Shown here: positions 27,001 to 37,196 of the stretch, piece by piece | How positions within the stretch are numbered: the first letter of the stretch is position 1 | Layout: the number at the start of each line of letters is the position of its first letter | Virus record (IMG/VR): IMGVR_UViG_3300050821_005889 | Length of the DNA stretch: 64,000 nucleotides | DNA from: a virus | Strand: one strand, 5' to 3' | Translations under genes and position numbers: made by a program | The notes under the pieces: model-generated | What the model was told of the DNA's origin: nothing | The model's database searches: none | The model's input: the letters and a program-made list of their open reading frames with translations, nothing else

Positions 27001-29117
27001 AGGCTTATTGTATTCCAACCGGAGGGTACAACATACTTGTTAATTATGATAACAGATTCCCGGTAACCTGTTTTGGCGATAATATAAATGGGGACGCCGT
27101 TTGGGCTCCTATAGATGGAAGTGTTGGTAACGGCGGAGATGCAGAACAGCTATCTCCTGTAGCCTCTGACCATCCGGGAAACTTTAACCTGGACATAGGA
27201 TTCCCTTACTTTCATTATGAATGTAACCCCAGGCTGTATATACCTAATTACCTGGGGGGAGGGTCTATTCCTTCCGGCGCTCCGTGGATACAACAGCTAA
27301 ACTCAACGGCACTTCACCTCATCAGGCAAATGCTTAATGTATTTACCTGTTCTTCCAAGACACATGTACCATATTGTTTTAACGAGTTACAGGTGACTGC
27401 CAATTACGGGAACCAATACTTTCCTCTTATGAATTATGTAATGAGGTCAAGCAACTGGGACGCCTCTGTGACAGATGTGTCTACCACACAACTTGCAGGC
27501 GGATATTATTCTACCGATTACCTTGATGAGTTCTCTGCCGGAACTTCACCTCATTTTAAAATACAGAACTGGATTTATGGTGGCTTCCGTTTCAAACAGT
27601 CTACTCTCAATTGGAATATAGATTACTCAGAAGGAGAAGTAAATTTTCCTTCCTTCGGTCGTCCGGTAGTAGGATATAATCCACAAACATTTTTCCCAAC
27701 CAGGAGTGTTTGGTCTGTTCAAAGACAGATTAATGACATTAACGACCCTTCGCTTCGCACTTTCCCTGCATTAAACTACAGGGACATTGATGATAACACC
27801 GGGGAAATAAAACTATTATACTCCGCCCAGAGTGCAGGCCGTGGCGATAACCTGTATGCCTTTACAGAGCATGGCATTTGTTTACTGATGACTGACAAGT
27901 ATGTGGTGAGGCAGGGGGCAGGAACTGATTGGACGGTAGTGCAGGGGAGTGGGGATGAGGCGGTAATGCTGGAAGAGTGGCTGCACCGCGATATTGGATT
28001 AGGTGATGAGATGTGGCGCAGTTTTGCAGAACATGATAATGTTGCCTGGTTTGCCAACAAGCAAAGTATTTATAAATTTGAAAATGAAAAGGCGCATGAT
28101 ATTGCAATGCCCTATTTTCACTGGAGGTACCAGCAGGACATACTGGATAATATGCGCCCTGGTTTTCTGTCAGACCTCACAGGGTTCTACGACATCTATC
28201 ATGGAGAATATTGGCTATCCTATAAGGACAGAACTTTTACCTGTTACGGAACAGGAACGTATGAAATACAATCCCCGGTAAACTACAATGGGCTGTATTA
28301 TCAAATAGATGGAGAGTTAGGTGCTGTATTATTGCCCACTCCCCAATATGCAATAGAACAATTGTTTATTTACAATAATACAAACTCTCCTGTTCAGGTG
28401 CAGTTTTTCAGTGGAACAATATATCCTACTTTATGTTTTATAGCGCCCCAGATGTACCGCTCCTTTAATATATACGGGTATGGCAGTAATCTTACAAATC
28501 CTTTCTTGTGGGAGTGTTCGCCGGATGATATTGCATGGAGCGACTCACTTCTCAATCCGATTGTCCTTGTATGGCAGGACGAACCGGATACCGAAGAGCG
28601 TGGCAAATGGGTGAGCCGGTTTACTTATGAATTTGACAAGTTCGCTTCCGATAATAATAATTCGTATGGGTTCAGAAATGTTATATCGGGACAGGGTGGA
28701 GCATGGCAGCTTGACCGTGGTAACCAGATAAACGGAGCGAATGTGGCGGCAGAGATTACCGGGTTTTGTACAGGAGATAATCATATCCGCATTCAATACG
28801 GAGCCGAAGCAGAGCAGCCTTATTCTAAGGAGTTTCATAAATTGAGAATCAATGGTAATGTCAAACCTACGCGCATTGAGTTCTTCCAACATTCAGACCA
28901 GGTAGATAATGATGCCCCTGTTTGTTTCCTGGATATTTCTACAGATTCCCTGTACCTGAAAGACTACTACGGATTTGAGGCTCTTATACCACGCAAGAGT
29001 GCAAGCCCAAATGACAGGCTACAAGGAAGGATGCTTTATTACAAAATAAAATACAATGGAGGAAGTCCACTTTTCCGTGTGACAGACTCAGTTGTCTCAT
29101 TCCATAAGATTAAATAA
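24009..29117 (+). CDS. Very large virion structural protein (1702 aa), function unknown (tail/adsorption apparatus candidate)
   Basis: ORF track. Uninterrupted 5.1 kb frame. Gly/Asn/Thr/Tyr-rich beta-type composition. No catalytic motif recognised. Confidence 0.75.
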   Translation: MKPVKFSEEVCVFSNGIGYTVDAEYLGLITGKRYYDALNIRLRQKSGVNSGVPVAINGEQLKYPLIVPYHLGGGGFTSECIANAFLPAQLSYKCILATMVQGHLFEIWADKDRILPTFFRADGHVVAGGNGNHTIPFSVDYPIQYSTNNTPLGGEIFLTDNHVVPQIYVISDMLINSGIDLASGIRTGACTDKYFASYNYTDYSINTATQADHPVFIELATAQPAGSIILGTSGLFPGTYQYSIQYVDSQGNTTDWSEPTPNIPVIANIDSANSNTFPYLQMVGAAPQPLATEGIGIGIHIRFRVTNINNYSSMNIRRVAYNSGSPIGTQGTETIVYQFNITAGQIGIVDIFDFGATGTSLTVSAQRTTQAVIETAKGIRYYDRTLYLANINYASRDVSGVTFLTSPDTAWPVMKNIGTIGHHDPYNSVYYKHFMNRERYGFGVKYIDGFNTQSFVGAFPGAGNPTNYGGAFNNYMMPNRRDTATSINNYSQDGTTVTVTASDVTNTPNPTFEIFDMSNAASKNDTITYKNIFATASSFNVKPTSQITMYNANIGAGAVSGSNVVAPYYPFTPKNENDPDVSGHNFVVNTAVYTGIDSFGNPLSKISLLSTPAYQPKGFAQQYLTMGMSMAGLANIPSWVSAFSIQVTPPAGRVVTQGIAFYSLNENPTTPGASGATKDTDKIVFYSPDAETGLTLMQDIIDNPSIYSVEFICPLGSFSEVYSFRIAQDGINFSVPTSYAGYNVDMVNYARVYYDNSLINTDGLTQIGNGDGYVNFGRFRNVASAGGSVANIFNNSNPGNAQVGVTGATAVTTKSGRQTFYKIQLDAPLYSTGSPGSNIDAAYGTTNLKRFTEPFYIVNIVRKDAVVDTSVNQTQYVSTGHYQKISSIIGQSNGAAKQSFLLVDENPGDCIVKNGTDIKYIWIEDINGNQLPWVNISMAGTGSFTLANIFGDIANGTNNSGANPTNILAGVYSQSITQVNGLDRFYTIIFESIPGQNQAYCIPTGGYNILVNYDNRFPVTCFGDNINGDAVWAPIDGSVGNGGDAEQLSPVASDHPGNFNLDIGFPYFHYECNPRLYIPNYLGGGSIPSGAPWIQQLNSTALHLIRQMLNVFTCSSKTHVPYCFNELQVTANYGNQYFPLMNYVMRSSNWDASVTDVSTTQLAGGYYSTDYLDEFSAGTSPHFKIQNWIYGGFRFKQSTLNWNIDYSEGEVNFPSFGRPVVGYNPQTFFPTRSVWSVQRQINDINDPSLRTFPALNYRDIDDNTGEIKLLYSAQSAGRGDNLYAFTEHGICLLMTDKYVVRQGAGTDWTVVQGSGDEAVMLEEWLHRDIGLGDEMWRSFAEHDNVAWFANKQSIYKFENEKAHDIAMPYFHWRYQQDILDNMRPGFLSDLTGFYDIYHGEYWLSYKDRTFTCYGTGTYEIQSPVNYNGLYYQIDGELGAVLLPTPQYAIEQLFIYNNTNSPVQVQFFSGTIYPTLCFIAPQMYRSFNIYGYGSNLTNPFLWECSPDDIAWSDSLLNPIVLVWQDEPDTEERGKWVSRFTYEFDKFASDNNNSYGFRNVISGQGGAWQLDRGNQINGANVAAEITGFCTGDNHIRIQYGAEAEQPYSKEFHKLRINGNVKPTRIEFFQHSDQVDNDAPVCFLDISTDSLYLKDYYGFEALIPRKSASPNDRLQGRMLYYKIKYNGGSPLFRVTDSVVSFHKIK

Positions 29118-29138
29118 CTTTACCAAAATTCACTCACT

Positions 29139-29888
29139 ATGCCAGCAGCAGATTTAGGAACAACCCTTAGTACACTTGATGCCTTTGCCCCACTTGCCGG
29201 TAACATGATTGATACCGGGTTACAGGCAGGGCTTGGCGCTTACCAGTTACTATATGCCAATAAATTAAAACGGCAGGCAAATGCACTTTTCCCTACTTCT
29301 GTAGACCCGCAGGAACAGCAATACAACCAGGAATTAAATTCTATACGCAAGGGTAGTTATAGCGGTGCTTCTTATGCCAACGCCATACGGAGCCTGCGTA
29401 CACAGCAGATGAACTCAGGGCGTGATATAGTGGCCAAAGCTGGCGGGTATGGTGGTGGCGCTATTGCAGGGCTTGCCTTAAATGCGGGAGAGGCAGATGA
29501 TGCCTATGGCAAGATAGCCTCAACGTTAAGCCATGACCTGATGGGATACCAACAGATGTATGGAGCCAGTACAAATAGTATGGTTAAACGCAGGGCTGAC
29601 CTGGACATGATGAAATATGGACAGGCAGAAGCAGATTATCGCGAAGATAAAGCAGCCGGATATTCCAATTTCTTTGGAGCCACGGCAGGCAAGGGAATAC
29701 AAGATGTGAATTTTAAGAATATAGCCACTGCGTTAACAGCAAACAAAAGACCTCCGGTTCAAGGCGAGGACTACGGAATAGCAGATGATGGTACCCAGCC
29801 TCCTGTTATGAACGCTCCTATGCAGTCTTACGGGACAGAAGCGGATAACATGCAATCTCCTTACGCGGCATACAATCCCTATCACTAA
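29139..29888 (+). CDS. Putative internal virion protein (249 aa, Gly/Ala/Gln-rich)
   Basis: ORF track. First of three consecutive genes of increasing size, an arrangement like podovirus core/ejection proteins. Analogy only. Confidence 0.55.
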   Translation: MPAADLGTTLSTLDAFAPLAGNMIDTGLQAGLGAYQLLYANKLKRQANALFPTSVDPQEQQYNQELNSIRKGSYSGASYANAIRSLRTQQMNSGRDIVAKAGGYGGGAIAGLALNAGEADDAYGKIASTLSHDLMGYQQMYGASTNSMVKRRADLDMMKYGQAEADYREDKAAGYSNFFGATAGKGIQDVNFKNIATALTANKRPPVQGEDYGIADDGTQPPVMNAPMQSYGTEADNMQSPYAAYNPYH

Positions 29889-31684
29889 TGGCTGACGATT
29901 TAAAATATAATGACATAGGGGAAGACCAGGTAGAAGACTCTAATGACTCAGAGGTAATTACCGGGCAGGACACCCCTGCGGAAGCATACGGTGCCGGTGT
30001 CGCCGCTTACCAGCAGGCTGCAAGAAAAAATAAAGACAACGGCTCAACTCCGTATAGCCCCATAGCCGCAGCCCTTTCCAGAACACGCAACAGTGCGCAA
30101 CAGATTCCGGGAGTCCCCGGAAGTATTTCTACAGACCCTGGTACACCAGGGATAACAAGAGACCAGGCATATCCTTCCGCTCCTGTAAGGATGCAGGATT
30201 TGCCGGGAAGGTATTTTGGTGCCACTCCTATATTTCTTGGTGGCCAGCCACTGTATCCTGTATCATTGGAAGAAGCCCGTAGGCGTTCCAATAATGATTA
30301 CATGGCGTCACAGGAACAGGCAAGGCAACAGAATGAAAACACGCTGTTCACAAATCTTACAAGGCAAAAGGTAGCCCCTGCATACCAGGAAAAGGCGGAT
30401 AAGATGCTGGATGACCTTTATGATGATTACTCAAAAACATTTGCGCAGAAAGGAAGATATGGTGCAGTAGCCGCTTATAACGACCCTAATAGCCCTGAGT
30501 TCAAAGAGTTTACACAGAAGTACCATAACTACCTGCAATCTACAGAGGCCATCAATCACATGGACACTCTTTTGTCGCAGGCGCAACAACGTCCACCCGA
30601 TGAATTATCCCCCGCTACCAAAGCCCAAATTATAAAATTCCAGACCGGAGGGTTTATGAACCCGGACGGCACTGTTGATACACAGACCCTACAAAAGTCT
30701 TATGTTGACCTGGCTAAATATATGGGCTATGATGGTATTATAAAAAGCATTGCACCCTATATAGCAAAGGATAGTGAATCATTTTTCCAGCAAGGAGCCA
30801 AAGATGCAAACGGGAAAGAAATATCTCCTCTTGATAATGACCACCAGTTTATAACAGAGGTTAAGAAAAATCCAAATTGGGACAAGCTCATTGATAGTAA
30901 GTATGTTCCTATGCTGCTTAGTCATGCCGGATTAAACCCTGCTCTCAATGACCCTAAAGCAGCGCACGATTATCTTAAGCAGATACTTCCTGAGTTCGTA
31001 GAAAAGCATTTCTATGATGTGCAAAGGTCTTCTGCAAGTGCCGGAGAAAATAAGGTGGCCAATGAAGGTAATTGGGTAGTTGATTTTGCCAACCAGGTAA
31101 GAGGCAGTAATGTAGATGGAGCCGTTCACACCGGCGGAGAAAATGATAACAACCCTCGCGGTGTGATGATGCAGGCTCCGGGAGACATGTCTACCAATAT
31201 CACTAATCCTAATTTCTTAAAATATATTGTAACAGGACAGGATGCCAACGGCAACGCTATTACAGCCCAGGACACCCGCAAAACAATAGTTAATCCTATA
31301 TCCGGTTTATGGAAGGACAATTCCACCGGAGATATATATAAAGTTCCTGCTGCTGCCAAAAATCCAACTACAGGAGATATTGATTGGGGGCAGGTACGCA
31401 CTCCGGCTAATAAAGTAACTAATATGTGGACGGATGTAATAGTTCCGTATTACAGAAGTGTAGGAGGGACTGGGGCAGAAACTAAATTGACCCAGATTCA
31501 AAAGAAAATGTGGACACAGCAACCGCAGGAAGCACAGGCTCTTGGTATTCCTCCACTCCCTAAAGGTGGAAATGCAGCCCCGGCAGCATCTGCCCCGGCT
31601 AAAACTATAGTAAGAACAGGAGTTGACAAGACAGGGAAAAAAGTAGTTCAATATTCAGACGGTACTGTAGGATATGCCCAATAA
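29888..31684 (+). CDS. Putative internal virion protein (598 aa)
   Basis: ORF track. Overlapping start and stop with its neighbours. Confidence 0.6.
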   Translation: MADDLKYNDIGEDQVEDSNDSEVITGQDTPAEAYGAGVAAYQQAARKNKDNGSTPYSPIAAALSRTRNSAQQIPGVPGSISTDPGTPGITRDQAYPSAPVRMQDLPGRYFGATPIFLGGQPLYPVSLEEARRRSNNDYMASQEQARQQNENTLFTNLTRQKVAPAYQEKADKMLDDLYDDYSKTFAQKGRYGAVAAYNDPNSPEFKEFTQKYHNYLQSTEAINHMDTLLSQAQQRPPDELSPATKAQIIKFQTGGFMNPDGTVDTQTLQKSYVDLAKYMGYDGIIKSIAPYIAKDSESFFQQGAKDANGKEISPLDNDHQFITEVKKNPNWDKLIDSKYVPMLLSHAGLNPALNDPKAAHDYLKQILPEFVEKHFYDVQRSSASAGENKVANEGNWVVDFANQVRGSNVDGAVHTGGENDNNPRGVMMQAPGDMSTNITNPNFLKYIVTGQDANGNAITAQDTRKTIVNPISGLWKDNSTGDIYKVPAAAKNPTTGDIDWGQVRTPANKVTNMWTDVIVPYYRSVGGTGAETKLTQIQKKMWTQQPQEAQALGIPPLPKGGNAAPAASAPAKTIVRTGVDKTGKKVVQYSDGTVGYAQ

Positions 31685-34600
31685 TAAAAAACCAGACCCG
31701 CAGGATATACAGTGGGACGCTCCGCATCCAAGTGATGTAACCTGGGATACACCCGCCACACCCCAGCCAGCTCCTGCCATGCCTGCACCTGCCCAGCAGG
31801 GAGGCAACATTGTACCTATGTGGTCTCATCAACAGGAGCCTGCACCTAATGCGCCGCTTGCATCTACTAACTATGGCGTGTCAGAAACAAATCAAAATGC
31901 ACCTGCGCAGCCCCCTTTAGAGTCTTCGGTTCCCGGTCAGCCAGATGCAACAGACAAGGCTCTTAAAAGGGCTAACGATTTTATAGACCAGGCGTCTGAG
32001 TTTTTACCGGAAGGAAATGTAAAGGATGTATCAACGCTGGCAGCAAAAGGTGCATTAGGAGCTGTCCAACAATTTAAGCAAGGTTCAGAACAGGTAGCAC
32101 AGGCCGGAGGTGTTCAGCAGGGAGCACAAGCTATTCCCACTTCGCAGAATGCACAGGTAGAACAGGATGCCTCAAAAGAAAATGTCGCATATAGTGGCGT
32201 AGCCACAATCGTAGGTCTTGGCAAAATGCTTATGGGCGTAGGGGCTCTTACTGTACCTGAAATTAATGCCTGGAACTATGGGTCTGCGGCATTGGCACAG
32301 TCCTCTCCGGGCGTAGCCACTCAGGTTAATAACTTCTTTTCTTCTAAAGCAGAAGATGACCCAAATTCTCCCAACTTCGGTAAGGTGATTATTCCTACAG
32401 GGGCGGCTCCTATAATCCTTGACTCTAATAAGCCGGGACAAAAAGCTGTCCTGGAGTTCCTTGATTTCCTTCCGCAGTTAGTACTTGGTGGTATGATTGC
32501 CGAAGGCGTTTCGGTAGACCAGGCAAACGAAATAGCATCCAAGATTAAAAAAGGAGAGGTGCTCACCCCGCAGGAAGATGCCATTGCCGCAAAAGGAACA
32601 CAAACATATCTGTCAGACCCTAAGAATATTATCACCAATGAGACCCTGGGCAAAATAAAGCCCGACCTGTCAGATGGTAAGAAGGTAGCCGTGGCTCCTC
32701 TTATTGAACAAAAGCAGGCACTGGAACAACGTAATGTAGGGCTACTTGAGTCTAAGGGCAAACTGGATTCTTCTTTTCATGATGACGTGGATAAAGAAGT
32801 TGCCGATAACGAGAAACAAATAGCTACCTTAACCCAACAAATAAAAACTAAGGCAAATGAAAAAGAAACTACGCCAGGCACTGCGCAAGGTGCCAATACC
32901 CAAGCCGACAACAGACCCGGCGAGAGCCAAGAGGGAGAAGGAGTGGGACAGCAGCAATTACAGGGAGGAGTACAAGGACAACAGCCTGGAGCAGATACAG
33001 GCACCCAACCTGATACCCAAGAAACTGTTGCGTCGAATGAAAAACCAGGGATAATCAATGCCCCTACAAAGCAAACGTCAGATGCGCTGGATGTTCAAGA
33101 ACCATCCGCAGATGGCAAAGGAATGGGCGTCGGAGACACCCAACCTCAAGGAACTACCGGAAAAGAAGAAGGTAGCGGAAACGCTAAAGGCGCACCGAAA
33201 GAAGAAATAAAACTGGAGTCACATCCTGGTTTTGAAGCCCCTGACCTCAAGGACTATGAAGGGAAAGATTCAGACCTGTTCCCGGAAAGGGAATGGGCTA
33301 ACAATCCTGACCGCGTTACCATGCGTGATGGCAATGAAGTAGGAACAACTTTCCGACAACTGGCCAAGCAGACCCAGGATGGAATGAAAGATGTTAAGGA
33401 CAATGCGCCTGATAACACTCTTATCACCACTCATTCCAAGAATGGCAGGATGATTAATGCCTTAAGAAAAGTGGGTGATGATATAGACCTGGATAGTGAT
33501 GAAGGAATAAAAAAAGTAGCTAAGGCATATCTTGCAGAACCCGATATAGAAAAGGGGGAGCCCCAAACCACAAAACTTGATAATGGAAAAACAGTGCATG
33601 TCGCTATGCACGGAACTACCGAGGACGACCTGAAAGATTTTAATTCCGGGCAGAGTCCAGTTAATCTTTCTAAGGAAGGCATCAAGGACAGCAAGGATAC
33701 AGCACAGGCAGTTGAAGATAAAAACATAAGCCATATTATCAGCTCTCCTACAGAGAGGGCAATGAAGACGTCTAAGATTATCCAGGAGCATCTTAATAAA
33801 CAGATAGCTGAACAGAAATCCAAAGAGCCTGTCATGTCCGCAGAGGACTTTGATAAACAAGGGCTCAACTACGGCCTACAGGAAGATGGTACACGTATGG
33901 AACCTGAGTTAAACATCAAGTTCAAAAAACCTATTACCAACAACCAGATGCGCCGCATCAACGAGGTGATGGATTTACCTAAAGGCGCATTATCCGAAGA
34001 TGGTAAGGAGCTTACTATAACCAACGATTCTAAAACAAAGACCCATGACCAATTCATTGCCGACGTCGCAGTCCTCAAAAACAAACTCAATGAGTTCAAG
34101 CGAGTTCCAACAGAAATTAACCAACGTGTTAGGAGACTGGCTTCCGAAGTTGAAGGGGGCACCGAAGCTGCTACACAGCCAGAAACCGGCAACAAGCCAG
34201 CCGAAACTGAACCAGCAAACACCAACACAGTCAATACCGGCAGTGAAGGCGGACAACCTGAACCAGTCCCCGGCGAACCCACTGGGACAACTGACGCCGC
34301 CAGACCAAACCAAGAATCAGAACCTGTAACACAGGCTGCTGGCTTTGCCGGTGGCGCAGAGCCTCCACAACCACCAGATGTGACAAGAGAGGGAGTATAT
34401 GACGATACGCCTGACTATAATAAATCTTCTTCACCTGTACAGGATTTCCTTAATGATACAAGAAGCGCCCCTAAGTTTGAACGAGATATAGCACAGAATG
34501 TAAAACAGCTCAACGGTATCAATAAGGCCAATACGCTCCGCGCTGTGAAGCTCATGGAAATGCTGCCGGATAAATTTAAAGACCCGGTACTCCAGGAGAA

Positions 34601-36950
34601 TGTATATCACCACATGGAAGACCCAACACTGACACTTACCGCAGACGAGATGGAGTTCAGGGATAAATATGTGGTTCCGGTGCTTAATGAGATTCAAGGG
34701 CTGTATCGTAAACTGGAAAAAATAGACCCTGAATCTGCGGCGGCGGCAATGAAAGATGCTGTTAATTATTTCCCGCGTCTGGCTAAAGACAAGCAGGGAA
34801 TCATTGACCGTATAATAAATGGAACTAAATACATAACCGGCGGCGGCTTATTAGGTAAAACAGCATCTTCTCTTAAAAGCCGTATTTATAAAGCCCTTAC
34901 AGATAATAATGGCAACAGGACGCTTGTAACTATGAAGGATGGAAGGGTTACGGCTTTGCATGGATTTGACGAAGATGGCAATTCTGTAACACAAGACCTG
35001 GGTGGATTTAAAAGAAGTGATAAAGGTCTTAGTACAAAAGAACTGAGAGATAAACAACTTAATGATGACCTGGGCTATGATAAAAAGATGGGCAAATTAC
35101 AGGCGGAGAAGAAAAATATCCAACGCTTCGCTGATGACCCTAAAGGACAAAGAAGGCTTGATTACATTGAGAAGAAAATTAATGACCTCAATGCAGCGAA
35201 AGACAAGATAAATGAACATTATGACGGTGTGCAAAAAGTAGATGACCTTAATGCAGAACGCACAGACCTTCGCAATTCATTAATTACTATAAAGGATAAA
35301 GAGCAAAGACAACAAGTGCAGGCTCGTATTGCAGACCTTCGGAAACAATCAGAAGACCTGGAAAACCAGATGCCTAAATACTGGGTAGACAAAAACGGTA
35401 AGTTTTATTCTATAGGTGAAGCTACAACCAAAGAGATTGAAGAAAAGTCCCCTACTCAATATTATCATACCCCATTTGCAAACGTGATGTCATCCTATCT
35501 TGACTTACAGAGGGCTGACACAGCAAATACATTTATTGACCACTTTAAAGAATCTCCAGAATTTAGTAAGATAGGCGTTCCTAAAGGCGACAAAACGGTT
35601 CCGGGAGATTGGCGCGAGGTATTACCTATACAATTTAAAGGATATGTTTTCGACCCTAAAACGGCGGCTAACTTAGATTTACTTTATCGCAATGGTAAAG
35701 CCGACCCACTTCAATCCCTTACTAATATAAATACATTCTTTCGGGATACTATAGTGCTTGGGCCGGGCGTAAAGCACTGGTATAATATTGCTGACCAATG
35801 GATAAAACAGGGAGGTTTAGTTACAAGGTTAACTAACCCGGTACGCACCACTAAGGCCATGATGAAAGCGTTCCATGATGTATCTACGCAGAGCCCGGAT
35901 TATTTTAAAGCCCTTGAGAATGGAGCAGGGTTAATGTACCGGGAAACGCAGGACGCTTCTAACCTGCTGCTTAAAGTAGCGCTGGAGCAAAAGAATCAGA
36001 CATGGTTCCAGAAGCTATCTGACAAGATGGGGTATGCTAATCCAGAAACATTATTTGAAGCACTTCGCAGCACTTCTCATAAATCTGCATTTTACGTAAA
36101 TGATATGTTGGTTATGCAGGCTATAAACGAAGAGGTTGCAAAAGGTAAGCCGTGGAGCGAAGCTGTAAAGGAGGTTCATAAATATCTGCCGGATTACCAG
36201 ATACCGGCTCAGGTGCTTGGCAGCGAGAACCTTGCAAAAGTCCTTCGCAACCCCAACCTGTTAACATTCGGCTCTTACCATTATAACATCATGGACTCAT
36301 ACGCTAATATGGCAAACGACCTGGGCAGGGCAATGAGTAATTCAGGTATGAGTGCTGCAGATAGGGGGCTTGCTGTCGACCGGGTGGCCACTGCTGCATT
36401 TATGCACTTTGCTTTCTATGCAGGACTTACGGCTCTGTATCATGCTGTTGGGGGAGATAAGGATAAAAAGATAGGGTCTTCCGGTGGCACTAAGTTCATG
36501 GATGATGCTATAGATTTCATTAAAGGGAATAAGAATTTAAGACAGTTTGTTCAGGGGTATTTCATGCCAGCCGTAGGAACACAGGCTGCCGCAGAGCTGA
36601 TAACCAATACCAAATTATCTCCTTACGAATCCGGTAATATATATACCCCCACCGATGTAAACAACCATCCCGGCGAAGCGCTTAAAGATATAGGCAAATA
36701 CCTTGAAACTAAAGTAGCACCACAGACATCACAGCTACAAAGCGGCAAACAGACCGCCGGTGATTTTATACAAGACCAATTACTCAATACAAAAATTGAC
36801 CGTACCGACCAGGAGCAGAAGTTTATGCAGCTCCTTCATGAAAGAGACCAGATAAACCAGAAGGTACATGACCTTAAGAAAAAGGGGAAGTATTCGGAGG
36901 CCACACAACTTCAACAACAGTATAACCAGGACTTGAATAATGCCAGGTAA
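31674..36950 (+). CDS. Giant putative internal/ejection protein (1758 aa) carrying a histidine-phosphatase-like module
   Basis: ORF track. Low-complexity Pro/Gln N-terminus, hydrophobic segments, coiled-coil region. At aa 641-700: VHVAMHGTTEDD...LSKEG...ISHIISSPTERAMKTSKII, which resembles the RHGxT...SSPxxRAxxT core. Confidence 0.75.
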   Translation: MPNNKKPDPQDIQWDAPHPSDVTWDTPATPQPAPAMPAPAQQGGNIVPMWSHQQEPAPNAPLASTNYGVSETNQNAPAQPPLESSVPGQPDATDKALKRANDFIDQASEFLPEGNVKDVSTLAAKGALGAVQQFKQGSEQVAQAGGVQQGAQAIPTSQNAQVEQDASKENVAYSGVATIVGLGKMLMGVGALTVPEINAWNYGSAALAQSSPGVATQVNNFFSSKAEDDPNSPNFGKVIIPTGAAPIILDSNKPGQKAVLEFLDFLPQLVLGGMIAEGVSVDQANEIASKIKKGEVLTPQEDAIAAKGTQTYLSDPKNIITNETLGKIKPDLSDGKKVAVAPLIEQKQALEQRNVGLLESKGKLDSSFHDDVDKEVADNEKQIATLTQQIKTKANEKETTPGTAQGANTQADNRPGESQEGEGVGQQQLQGGVQGQQPGADTGTQPDTQETVASNEKPGIINAPTKQTSDALDVQEPSADGKGMGVGDTQPQGTTGKEEGSGNAKGAPKEEIKLESHPGFEAPDLKDYEGKDSDLFPEREWANNPDRVTMRDGNEVGTTFRQLAKQTQDGMKDVKDNAPDNTLITTHSKNGRMINALRKVGDDIDLDSDEGIKKVAKAYLAEPDIEKGEPQTTKLDNGKTVHVAMHGTTEDDLKDFNSGQSPVNLSKEGIKDSKDTAQAVEDKNISHIISSPTERAMKTSKIIQEHLNKQIAEQKSKEPVMSAEDFDKQGLNYGLQEDGTRMEPELNIKFKKPITNNQMRRINEVMDLPKGALSEDGKELTITNDSKTKTHDQFIADVAVLKNKLNEFKRVPTEINQRVRRLASEVEGGTEAATQPETGNKPAETEPANTNTVNTGSEGGQPEPVPGEPTGTTDAARPNQESEPVTQAAGFAGGAEPPQPPDVTREGVYDDTPDYNKSSSPVQDFLNDTRSAPKFERDIAQNVKQLNGINKANTLRAVKLMEMLPDKFKDPVLQENVYHHMEDPTLTLTADEMEFRDKYVVPVLNEIQGLYRKLEKIDPESAAAAMKDAVNYFPRLAKDKQGIIDRIINGTKYITGGGLLGKTASSLKSRIYKALTDNNGNRTLVTMKDGRVTALHGFDEDGNSVTQDLGGFKRSDKGLSTKELRDKQLNDDLGYDKKMGKLQAEKKNIQRFADDPKGQRRLDYIEKKINDLNAAKDKINEHYDGVQKVDDLNAERTDLRNSLITIKDKEQRQQVQARIADLRKQSEDLENQMPKYWVDKNGKFYSIGEATTKEIEEKSPTQYYHTPFANVMSSYLDLQRADTANTFIDHFKESPEFSKIGVPKGDKTVPGDWREVLPIQFKGYVFDPKTAANLDLLYRNGKADPLQSLTNINTFFRDTIVLGPGVKHWYNIADQWIKQGGLVTRLTNPVRTTKAMMKAFHDVSTQSPDYFKALENGAGLMYRETQDASNLLLKVALEQKNQTWFQKLSDKMGYANPETLFEALRSTSHKSAFYVNDMLVMQAINEEVAKGKPWSEAVKEVHKYLPDYQIPAQVLGSENLAKVLRNPNLLTFGSYHYNIMDSYANMANDLGRAMSNSGMSAADRGLAVDRVATAAFMHFAFYAGLTALYHAVGGDKDKKIGSSGGTKFMDDAIDFIKGNKNLRQFVQGYFMPAVGTQAAAELITNTKLSPYESGNIYTPTDVNNHPGEALKDIGKYLETKVAPQTSQLQSGKQTAGDFIQDQLLNTKIDRTDQEQKFMQLLHERDQINQKVHDLKKKGKYSEATQLQQQYNQDLNNAR

Positions 36951-36956
36951 TCATAC

Positions 36957-36964
36957 TATATTTG
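36957..36964 (+). promoter_or_regulatory. -7 box TATATTTG, 4 nt before the ATG
   Basis: Matches TAnnTTTG. ATG at 36969. Confidence 0.4.
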
Positions 36965-36968
36965 TAGT

Positions 36969-37196
36969 ATGTATCAAATGCTACTAACACTACTTGCTGA
37001 ACTGGGCGCACGTCAGCATAAATTGATTGTTACATTCGGGAAGACCCTCACAGAAGAGGATTTAATTTCTATGGAGCTCACTATATTTTCCAAAAATGTA
37101 CATAAGTTTACTTCTGTTAAATTCAACAAGGATAAAGATGCAGCGCTGGATGCAGCATCAAAAGAAGTACTTGTCAAGATTCTTAAAGATTTCTAA
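36969..37196 (+). CDS. Hypothetical protein (75 aa)
   Basis: ORF track. Last rightward gene; converges on 37193..37636. Confidence 0.5.
   Translation: MYQMLLTLLAELGARQHKLIVTFGKTLTEEDLISMELTIFSKNVHKFTSVKFNKDKDAALDAASKEVLVKILKDF

Noticed and set aside
24276-36000. Numerous antisense or out-of-frame ORFs inside the giant genes (for example 24276..24743, 28545..28892, 32321..32761, 33431..33868, 33869..34282)
   Set aside because: They are shadow ORFs of long uninterrupted sense frames, with low-complexity or Cys/Ser/Leu-rich translations. The same applies to 40011..40592 inside the fibre gene and 20376..20936 and 19929..20300 in the head module.
24009-36950. Search for virion RNA polymerase signatures (DxDGD-type or T7-like motifs) in the 1702-aa and 1758-aa proteins
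   Set aside because: I could not find such motifs by eye, so no polymerase claim is made.
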